From Azolla caroliniana (taxonomy: Eukaryota > Plantae > Polypodiophyta), in assembly GCA_043228905.1 (NCBI GenBank), contig JBHGNT010000009.1:17918001-17982000 (forward strand): 64,000 nt of DNA, written 5' to 3'. The position numbers were made by a program, and so were the translations under genes. Numbering within the stretch: position 1 is the stretch's first letter; each line of letters opens with the position of its first letter. The notes beneath the pieces are model-generated. The model was not told where the DNA came from. It ran no database searches and saw only the letters and a program-made list of their open reading frames with translations. Below, piece after piece: positions 48,637-59,400 of this stretch.

Positions 48637-51600
48637 CCTTCTCTCAAAGTTCGACACCTCTCATAGTACTAATCCTTCTCTGTCTTAGTACTATTCCCCG
48701 ACAATAGTACTAATCCTTCTTTTAGTACTAATTCCTTCTCTGCCTTAATAGAGTTCCTGACACATGGGCACGCCCGAAATGCTCCCTCATCACAAGACGG
48801 CCGAACATACACGGAAGACACAAACACACGCACAAATGCTCGTACGCCTTTATGAGGAGGAGAGGTACATGGGCAAGCCCGAACGGTCCCCTCATCATAA
48901 GATGGCCGAACGTACAAGAAAGACACAAACACACGCACAAAATGCTCGTACGCCTTTATCAGGACGAGAGGTGCATGGGGAAGCCCGAATGGTCCCCTCG
49001 TCATAAGACAGCCGAACGTACACGGAAGACACAAACACACGCACAAATGCTCGTACGTCTTTACGAGGAAGAGAGATGCATGGGCATGCCCGAAACGCTC
49101 CCTCGTCAGAAGACGGCCAAACGTACAAGGAAGACATGAATAAAGAATGAAGGAGGGAAAGCAACACAAATGATATCGACCAAAGAGATAAATACATGTT
49201 CGATTCCAACGCAAGAGGACCCTTTATAGAATAGGGTTTTCTTTACAATGGCAACTTATAGTTAACCACAAGCTCAATCAAAACATAAATATTAAATGCC
49301 CTTAGAGACAAAAGCAAATCCGAACACGACCAAGATGAATGCACGAGCACCACCAAAATGCCAATCCCAACGAACCACAACCACCCGAACGACGAGCACT
49401 GAAGGGGTATGAGAGGAAGAAAAGTGGTGAATAAGAAGATGAAGAGCTTCGAAGGAAAATTGGCGATAGTCTCCTCCTCCCAAAACGTCCTCCCGAATTA
49501 GCCCCCCTCGACCTCCTTTTATAGGAAAAAAGAAGGGGGGGTCGCCAAATTTGTCTTCAATGAAAAAGGAATAAAATTCCTTAAATCACGCTTCACTATA
49601 AGTGTAGATTCAAACCATACAGCTCTAGCTAGTAGTCAATGTGACTATCAAGTAGCCCACTAACCCTCTCTTATATAGTATATAATTCTATCTCTATAAA
49701 TTTTTAGTCTATCTCTCCTCTACATTTTATCTCTCTTCTCTCTTACTTTTTGCACGGGCTTCTATGCATCCTTTCCGCTCTTTCTTTTCCCTTTTATTTT
49801 GCATATGCACAACTAATCGCTTTTGTGTGCACACACATTGCACATGCACATTTTTGACCCGCCCCCTTTCACTGGTTTTTCTCACTCTCAAGCACGCCAC
49901 ATCACGACAACGTAAACTTGGGTCCAATGCGACTCCCTTTATCCGTTCTCTGTTGCCCTCCGGCAAGGGTGCCGCGATTGGCATCACCTTCCGGTCCACA
50001 ATCTTGTACCTAGTACCCACATGGGCCGTCTGACCGAACCCGACCTTTTCCCCGAAGTCAGCGATAACTTTGTACATCTCTATTGAACTACCAAAATTGT
50101 CTGGTCTTCACTAAGGCTTCCTTCAACAACGTCGCGTAATTCCCCCAAGGTGTCATCAAAGGAGACCGCCTCCACGACACTGCCAATCTCTTCGCCAGGG
50201 CCGAGGACTCTGTACGCCCTGAGTCTTTCTTCCGTCCGCTTCTTTTCCTGGCCACTGATGCCGGCTATAGTACAGCCCCCGTTATCGGAGAACCAAAATT
50301 TCCTATCTATGGCACATGTGTGGGGTTCTTCCGGGGTATCCGGACAATCGCGGCCCCACGCCTTGATAGCCCTCTCTAAAAATCTTCTTGGCTCTCGCCG
50401 TCAAGGGTCTCCCGGTTACACTCATGGTTCGGCCTCACCGTCAAAAATTGAACAAAGCGTTGTCCGTCCTGGCTCTTCACGCGCGCGTACGCCGATCCGT
50501 TGTCAAGGACCTTCGTTTCCATCCGTGTCGCCATAATGTATGGCTCGCCAAGTATCACCGGGTGCGAGGAGGTCTCCTACACAAAGAAGTGTTGATCTAT
50601 CTCAACGTCGTCGATCTTTACGCGTACATTCGGGCATGCACCATGCAACTCATTCGTAGCGCGTGTCATCGTGCGTATCTTCTACCCGTGCTTGGTGTTG
50701 ATCGGCCACTTCCCCTTTTTGTAGAAGTCCTTGGGCATCAGCTTGATCTCCGAGCCGTGGTCTATCAATGCCACCACCAGTTCCTGCACATCCCAAACCC
50801 GGACAGGGGTCTCCGTAGTGGCTCTAGCCCAATGCAGCTTCACGTAGTAGCTGTCCGCCAACTCATCCTCTAGGGTCGTGTCCTCTAGGTGCGTTTTCTG
50901 CACCTCCACAGGCTTCTCCGGCTCCGGCTCCGTCGAGAGCCACTTTCGCTTCACCAAGTCCACAATGGAGTCGTGGAACTTCTTCTTGGCGATTCCGAGC
51001 ACCTCCCTCAGCGACAGCTCCACCTTGTTGTCGAGAATCCGCTCCTCGAGGACCTTCCGCAGGTCCATCGACCTCTCAATCTCCGTGCTCAACCGGTAAC
51101 CGGCCCGTTTCGTTTTGTCCGGCACCCCGGTGTTGCCGGCATCGTTCTGCTTTAGTCCGAACCGGGTCTCGTACCGTTGTGAGGGACCGGCCCCTCCAGC
51201 CTTTCCCGCGCGCTTGTCTTCTACCAGAACCTCATAGTTCTGGCATGCGGCTTCCATGAAGCCAATCTTTTCTTCAACTGGATCATCCCATCCGGTGACC
51301 TCCCGGATCCGTTGTTCCACGCGGTCCGCCTCCTCCTTCTTTGGCCATACCCCGGAGAGGCCTTCCAGCACCAGCGACCAGAATCTAGAATCTTTCGCCT
51401 TCCGGCCCTCGTCGCCCCTGAACTGGATACTCGCTGACATGGAGTACTGGATGGCCTCTGCATGTCACGTCGCGGCTTCTTCCATCAAGCGCTTCATCCC
51501 ACCGCGCCCGATGTTTAACTCTAGGGCTTTCCACGTGTCGCCGGCATGCACCCGCCCATTCCAAAGGTACACCACGTTGGTCCGGAGTGCCTCTGCGAAA

Positions 51601-52344
51601 TACGCGCATTCTTTCCGGATGTGACCAACAGCGTCACACCACATGCATCATTGCCCCGTCAGCAGCCTTCGGTCACGAGGTTGATCGCCGTTGTCCCTCC
51701 GTGCTTGTGTGATCTGGAGGTCACGCACCATTTGCGTCAGCTCTTCCAGAGCCGCTCCTCCGGAAGAGCCTTTGACCACTCCGCTTGAGGTTGGGCCCGT
51801 CTCGAGCCAATTATGAGTCTCTTCCTTCCTGGCTGACACCGATACCGGCTCTTGGAGCTTCCTCGCTGGGACCGGCCCCGATGCCGATGAGCCCTCATCG
51901 CTCCACTCGCGCCGCTTGTCAAAGTGGGCGCAGACCCCTTTGACCACGGCCCAGTCGGTCGTGAGGCCTTCATCCGTCTCCAATAGGAGACCCACCTTCT
52001 CCCGATCCATCGCGTGCACCGACTTGACGAACAACAAGACCCTGCTCGTGTCAAGGACGGTCCGATCGAACGCCGACAGTCGAGCGAACCGTTGTCGAAT
52101 TCCTGGAGGAGCAACGACGTGTTCCTCCCCTTTCCAAGGCTCTCTACCCAAGCCATGAACTCCCGCTTCAACAACCGAAGCGAAACGTCGTACTCGTACT
52201 TCTCGAGGAGCCGCCCCTCGAGCTGCACACAAGCCTTGCATCCGGCCAGCACTGTTGGGAAACAGGTCCCTCCGGATGGGAAGGGAGAAGAACAGTGCCG
52301 ACGAACAAACTCAGCCGAGGCCGATAGGCCGAGGCCGAAACCGT

Positions 52345-52560
52345 ATGAGGAGGACCCAGCTACGGAGAGCCGGATGGTGCAGGCCCGGTATGAACCTGAT
52401 GAGGAGTACCCAGTTACGGAGAGCCGGATGGTGCAGACCCGGCATGAACCGGATGAGGAGTACCCGGCTACGGAGAGCCGGATGGTGCAGGCCCGGTATG
52501 AACCGGATGAGGAGTACCCAGTTACAGAGAGCCGGATGGTGCAGACCCGGTATGAACTGG
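52345..52560 (+). repeat. 4 x 54-bp tandem repeat in the E LTR U3 (also at ~62647-62865)
   Basis: atgaggag anchors at 52345, 52399, 52453 and 52507. Confidence 0.92.
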
Positions 52561-55500
52561 AGGAAGAGACATATTCGTAAATATGTTTCTGAGAGCCCAT
52601 TGTGGCTATATTCGTAAATAGCCGAAAAGTCATATTAGTATAAATATGACTTAGGGCAAACTAATATGTGGGGTTGTTGTTATTTTTCTTGTTGGTGCAA
52701 GAAGAAGAGACAGTACGTAACGTTGTACAGAGAGAGAAAGAAAGAGGTCGCTACCTCTGTTGTAACCGCCGCCTGTGGCGAAGATCGTGAGTCCGAGGTC
52801 GTTGCCTCCGTGAACTCACTGTTTTGTACATTCATACATAGTGACAGTTTGCAGCCTGTGGGCTGCCGTGGTTTTTCCCCTAGTTTGGGGTTTTCCACGT
52901 AAACCTCCTGTGTACCATTTCTCTTCTTTGTGTCGCGTTTCATTACCTGTTTTTCTGTGTATGAAAAGAATCTCAATTGTGGCCGAGTCTTGCGCATAAG
53001 GAACGTCCAGTTCCTGACAAGTGGTATCAGAGCGAGGTTGGACACAGAAAATGGACGAATAGTTTGGCGGCATGTTCAAGCTCACCGGCTCCAACTATTC
53101 AGTGTGGAAGTCGAAGATGAGGGACATGCTCGTTGTTAAAGACCTCTGGCTGCCAGTTCAGTTCGGGGACAAGAGACCGGACAAAATCGACGCCGCGATA
53201 TGGGAGGTGATGCACATGAAGACAACGGTGTACATACGGTGCTTCATCGACATGAGCCTGTACAACAACTTCAATGAAGAGAGCAAGGCTCATGAGCTCT
53301 GGGAGAAGATCGGCATAATGTTTCAAAACAAAAATGTTGTTAATCGGGTTTCGGTATTCCGGAAGCTAGTAAGACTCTGGTACCAAGATGGCTCCAGCAT
53401 GGCGGAACATATGAATGCCTTCCAGGGGCTAATACACCAGGCAACGTCATTGGAAGTACCTCTTGCCGATGAGGTACTAGCGTTACTCCTGCTCGGTTCC
53501 CTCCCGGATAGCTGGGAGATGTTGGTTGTCACTTTGGGCAACGCCGGGCCGGAAGGAAAACGGTTATCCCTAGCAAGAGTAAAGTCGAGCTTGCTAGATG
53601 AGGAGGCGCGTCAGAAAGACAAAGATACGAGCTCTGACTCCAAAGCGCTTCTTACCGAATCGGAACGCGGAAGACATAGAAATCGTAGTCCCCAGAACCG
53701 GGAGAAGTCGGGGACACGGTCAAAGTCAAGGGGGAGGCCTACTTGCTTCTATTGTGGCAAACCGGGACACTTCCAAAAGAACTGTCGGCATTTCCGTAAC
53801 GACAAGGAAACCGACAGTACAGATTCGAAGCAAACCTCGGACCGGAACGGTAAAGACCGGAGGGGGCCGGACCGAAAGGGAACGACGGCAATCGCGGCAA
53901 GTGAAGAAGAGTTGATGCTCATCACCGAGGAGAGTGAAATAAACCTTGCCGGCGACGAGATGACCTGGGTGGTAGACTCGGAAGCGTCGTTCCACCTTAC
54001 CCCGGACCGGAAATGCTTCTCATCCTACTCAGCCGGTTATCACGGCTGTGTCCAGATGGGGAATGAAGGTACATGCCAAATTGTCGACATGGGAGACGTG
54101 TGGCTGACAACACCAACCGGATGCAAGATGTTGCTGAAGGATGTCCGACACGTTCCGGAAGTTCGTCTGAACCTGATATCAGTCGGTCGGCTAGATGATG
54201 AAGGCTACATGGGTAGCATCCAGAATGGTGTCATGAAGAAGGTAAACACATTGTACCTGATGAATCCCTGGTTATGTCCGGAAGAAGTGAACGTGGCATC
54301 CGACACTTCCGGTGAGCTGTGGCACAAGAGGCTGTGTCATATGAGCGAGAAGGGGATGAAGAGGCTTGCAGACGACAACCTCATTCCAGTGAAGAACGTG
54401 CACTTACAGAAGTGCACTAATTGTCTGGCCGGTAAGCAGAACCGGACCTCCTTCCGACCAAGGCCACCGATGAGACGTAATGCACCACTGGAGTTGGTGC
54501 ATACGGATGTGTGTCAAGTAGACACGAAGTCACATGCCGGAGTGCAGTACTTCGTGATGTTCATAGATGACCACACCCGGAAGCTGTGGGCCACACCACT
54601 GAAGACGAAGGATCAGGTGTTATCCGTCTTCAAAGAGCTCCACGCGAGAGTGGAAAGAGAAACCGGCCGGAAGCTGAAGGCGGTTCGAGCAGATAACGGA
54701 GGAGAGTACCAGGGGCAGTTCGAGGATTACTGCCGCTCGAAGGGAATCCGGCTCGAATTTACCGTGCCGAAGACGCCGGAACTAAACGGACTGGCCGAGA
54801 GGATGAACCGGACCATAATGGAGAGGGTCCGGAGTATGCTAGCGCATGCAAACCTACCCAAGAAGTTTTGGGCTGAGGCACTGTCGACGGCGACATACGT
54901 GATAAACAAATCACCCTCAGTACCCTTGGACGGAGACACGCCACAGAGAGTGTGGACCGGTAAGGACGTGTCCTACCGGCATCTGAAGGTGTTCGGGTGT
55001 CTCGCGTACGTGCATGTAGCAAAGGACCGGAGAGGAAAGTTAGATCCAAAGACCCGGCCATGCATATTCCTCGGTTACGGTGATGATGAGTTCGGCTACC
55101 GAGTGTGGGACCCGGTCGACAAGAAGGTATTCCAGAGTCGAGATATTATCTTCATGGAGGACAAGACGCTCGCCGACTGGGAGTCGGAGAAGAAGATAAT
55201 GAACTCTGAGTCGACCGGTAAGGATAGACTCTACGATGAGCAGACCCAACCGGCAAGAGACCGGTTAGCACTCGAGGAACCAGCCGGTTACGGTGAGGAT
55301 ACCGAACCGGCAGAAGAAGAAGTAGAGGAAGCTGAAACCGGAACCGGCCAAGACCCCGAATCGGATTCGGATGAAGAGCAAATGGAGGAGCCAGATACCG
55401 AAGCCCGAACACGTAGATATCCTCTCAGAGAGAGAAGGGCCCCCCGGAGATTTCCGGATGCAGAGTATGTGCTGCTGACCGATGAGGGGGAGCCGGAAAG

Positions 55501-56477
55501 CTTCGAAGAAGTGAAGGAAGACACCCACAACCGAAAATGGTTAAGTGTCATGCAGGACGAGATGGATTCCCTGCATGAGAACCATACACACGAATTGGTG
55601 GAGTTGCCAAAAGGAAAGCGGGCACTCCGAAACAAGTGGGTGTACAAGTTGAAACCGGGAGATGCCGGCAACCCCCCGAGATACAAAGCCAGGATCGTGG
55701 TGAAGGGGTTCCAGCAGAAGAAGGGCGTGGACTTCGACGAGATATTTGCCCCAGTAGTAAAGATGACCTCCATCCAGACTGTGCTGAGTATAGCAGCAAG
55801 CATGGACCTCGAGGTAGAGCAGCTGGACGTGAAGACGGCATTCCTTCACGGCGACCTCGAAGAGGAGATCTACATGCAGCAACCGGAAAGGATTTGTGGA
55901 GAAAGGGAAGGAGCACCTGGTATGCCGGTTGAAGAAGAGCCTGTACGGACTGAAGCAGGCTCCCCGGCAATGGTACCGGAAGTTCGACTCCTTCATGACC
56001 GATCAAGGGTACCACAAGACGCAGGCCGATCACTGCGTGTTTGTGAAGAAGTTCGAAGGAGGGGACTTCCTGATACTCCTCCTGTACGTGGATGACATGT
56101 TGATCGTCGGACGAGACCAAGTAAAAATACGGATGCTGAAGAAGGCTCTCAACCGGACCTTCTTAATGAAAGACTTGGGTCCGGCAAGACAGATGTTGGG
56201 GATGCACATCATCCGTAACCGGAAAGCGAAGCAATTATGGCTGTCACAGGAGAAGTACATGACAAAGGTGCTTCACCGGTTCAACATGTCAGAAGCAAAA
56301 CCAGTCGGATCGACACTTCCGGCAAACTGCAAGCTATCCGGTAAGCAAAGCCCGAAGACGAAAGGAGAGAAGGCAGATATGATGAAGATTCCATATGCCT
56401 CTGCCGTCGGGAGCTTTATGTACGCAATGGTTTGTACCCGACCGGATATTGGATACATAGTTGGAGTGGTGAGCCGG

Positions 56478-59400
56478 TGTTGAGAATCAACGCTCCGATT
56501 CGCCTTCACCGCTCGGCCACAACCGACAAAGCGCGAATCAATGCAGCAGAAAATAGGACACACAGAGAAAGACACGATAACACAGGGATTAACGTGGAAA
56601 ACCCTATACGGGAAAAACCACGGGAGTCCTCAAACTCCAACTATCACTATGAACAGAGATGTACAATGGTGAAGCTTCAAGGCAACAACCTTGAGCTCAC
56701 TGTCTTCGCCACAGGCGGCGGTAATACACAGAGGCAACGACCTCTTCGTCTCTCTCTCTTTCTCTCTCTCTCTCTCGGCTGCTCTCTTCACTCTCTCTAA
56801 GTGGGAAAAACAGAAAAATGAGTAGCAACTTACAGCAACCATAAACAGTTTGCCCTAAGTCATATTTATACACATATGACTTTCAGGCTATTTACAAATA
56901 TAGCCACAAGGGCCCTTGGCAAACATATTCACAAATATGTCCCCGCATCCGGATCTCTCTCCGGGTACATACATCATCCGGCTCCGTAGCCGGGTCTTCA
57001 TCATCCGGCTCCGTACCCGGGGTCTACATCATCCGGCTCCGTAGCCGGGTACTCTTCATCCGGCTTCATGCCGGGTACTCTTCATCCTCCGGTTCCGTAA
57101 CCGCAACCGGGCTTGCCGTCATTCATCTCCGGACATCCCATCCGGAGGGACCGTAAATCCCAACAAACTCCCCCTTCACTTCGGCATGGGATGTCTCTCC
57201 AATCCGATCCTCTTCCGGCATGCTTCCAGCTTGTCGGGTGTAAGTACCTTAGTCAGCATATCCGACCCGTTCTCGTCCGTGTGGATCTTCGTAAGCACGA
57301 ACTCCTTGTCTTCTATCCTTTCCCGGATCCAGTGATATCTTCGCTGGATGTGCTTCGTCCGGGAGTGATAGGCCGCGTTCTTCGCAAGGTGGATGGCACT
57401 CTGACTGTCGCAGTAGAGTCGGTACTCCTCCTGCCGGATACCGAGCTCTCTAATGAAGTCCTTCATCCATATTATTTCCTTGCCGGCTTCAACAGCCGCC
57501 ATGTACTCCGCCTCCGTGGTTGACAGTGCAACCGTCTTCTGCAGCCTCGACTGCCATGAAACAGCTCCCCCTGCATACGTCATCACATACCCTGATGTGG
57601 ACCGGCTGGTATCTGCATCAGCCGACATATCCGAATCGGTAAATCCATCGAGTTCGGGCTTACCGGAGCCGAATCGGAGGCACATGTTTGCCGTGCCCTT
57701 CAGGTATCGGAGTATCCATTTGACCGCGTTCCAATGCTCTTTGCCGGGATTGCTCATGTAACGGCTCACCACTCCGACTGCATATCCTATGTCCGGTCGG
57801 GTACACACCATCGCGTACATCAAGCTCCCGACGGCAGAGGCATATGGTACTTTCATCATGTCCTCCTTCTCAGCCTTTGTCTTGGGGCTTTGCTTCCTGG
57901 ACAGCTTGCAGTTTGCCGGGAGGGTCGATCCGACCGGCCTTGCTTCCGACATGTTGAACCGGTGAAGCACCTTTGTCACGTACTTCTCCTGTGACAACCA
58001 CAACTGCTTCTTCTTCCGGTCCCGGATGATGTGCATCCCTAGTATTTGCCTCGCCGGACCCAGGTCCTTCATTGAGAAGGTTCGGTGAAGTGCTTTCTTC
58101 AGCATCCGTATCTTGCCCTGGTCCCGTCCGACGATCAACATGTCGTCCACGTACAGGAGGAGTATTAGAAAGTCTCCTCCTTCGAACTTCTTCACAAACA
58201 CGCAGTGATCGGTCTGCGTTTTGTGGTACCCTTCGTCTGTCATGAAGGAGTCGAACTTCCGGTACCATTGCCGGGGAGCCTGCTTCAGACCGTAGAGGCT
58301 CTTCTTCAACCGGCATACCAGGTGCTCCTTTCCTTTCTTCTCGAATCCTTCCGGTTGCTGCATGTAGATCTCTTCTTCGAGGTCACCGTGAAGGAATGCC
58401 GTCTTCACGTCCATCTGTTCTACCTCGAGGTCCATGCTTGCCGCTATGCTCAGCACCGTCCGGATGGAGGTTATCTTCACTACCGGGGCAAATATCTCGT
58501 CGAAGTCGACGCCCTTCTTCTGCTGGAACCCCTTCACCACGATCCTGGCTTTGTATCTCGGGGGGTTTCCGGCATCTCCCGGTTTCAGCTTGAACACCCA
58601 CTTGTTTCGAAGTGCCCGCTTTCCTTTCGGCAACTCCACAAGTTCATATGTGTGGTTCTCATGCAGGGAATCCATCTCCTCCTGCATGGCACTTAACCAC
58701 CTGCGGCTATGTGTGTCAAGCTCTGCTTCTTCAAAATTCTCCGGCTCCCCCTCGTCGGTTAGCAGCACGTGCTCTGGTTCCGGAAATCTCCGGGGGGCCC
58801 TTCTCTCTCTTAGAGGATATCTCCGTTCCGGAGCTTCGGTAACCGGTTCTTCCGATTCTTCTTCATCCGAATCCATTTCGGGATCGGGGCCGGTTCCGGT
58901 ATCATTTTCATCTTCTTCGGCCGGTTCTGTTTCTTCACCGTCTTCGGCCGGATCCTCGAGTGCTAACCGGTCTCTTGCCGGTCGGGACTGCTCCTTGTAG
59001 AGTTGATCCTCACCAGTCGACTTGGAGCTCTTCATCTTCTTCTCCGACTCCCAGTCGGCGAGTGTCTTGTCCTCCATGAAGATGATATCTCGACTCCTGA
59101 ATATCTTCTTGTCGACCGGGTCCCATACTCGGTAGCCGAACTCGTCGTTGCCGTAACCGAGGAATATGCATGGCCGGGTCTTTGGATCTAGCTTTCCTCT
59201 CCGGTCCTTTGCCACATGCACATATGCGAGACACCCGAACACCTTCAGATGCCGGTAGGATACTTCCCTACCGGTCCACACTCTTTGCGGCGTGTCTCCA
59301 TCCAAAGGTACTGAGGGTGATCTGTTTATCACGTATGTCGCCGTCGACATTGCCTCAGCCCAAAACCCCTTGGGTAATTTCGCATGCGCCAGCATACTCC

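Larger units (their letters stand above)
42984..48762 (+). mobile_element. Ty3/gypsy chromovirus G (Tcn1/Tf1-like), intact and young
   Basis: LTRs TG..CA 42984-43450 and 48302-48762, differing visibly only in (CT)n length; TSD CATGG (42979-83, 48763-67); PPT AAGGGGGGATAG; intact gag and pol with chromodomain. Confidence 0.97.
34578..49909 (-). mobile_element. Ty3/gypsy D, decayed, same lineage as A, with long LTRs; internal region 36469-42135; PBS 42114-42130
   Basis: LTRs 34578-36468 and 42136-49909 (the latter split by G); TSD ATGT/ACGT (34574-77, 49910-13); PBS TGGTGAACCCGATGTGA; gag, PR, RT, RH and IN fragments with many stops. Confidence 0.94.
42136..49909 (-). repeat. D 5' LTR (42136-42983 and 48763-49909) with 9 repeat units, interrupted by G
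   Basis: Anchors at ~42438, 42542, 42647, 42752, 42857, 42962, 48851, 48957 and 49062; deletion of over 100 bp near 49400 relative to the other LTR. Confidence 0.92.

Noticed and set aside
52014-52633. ORFs with YEPDEEYPVTESRMVQ repeats
   Set aside because: By-product of the 54-bp U3 repeat; they cross element boundaries
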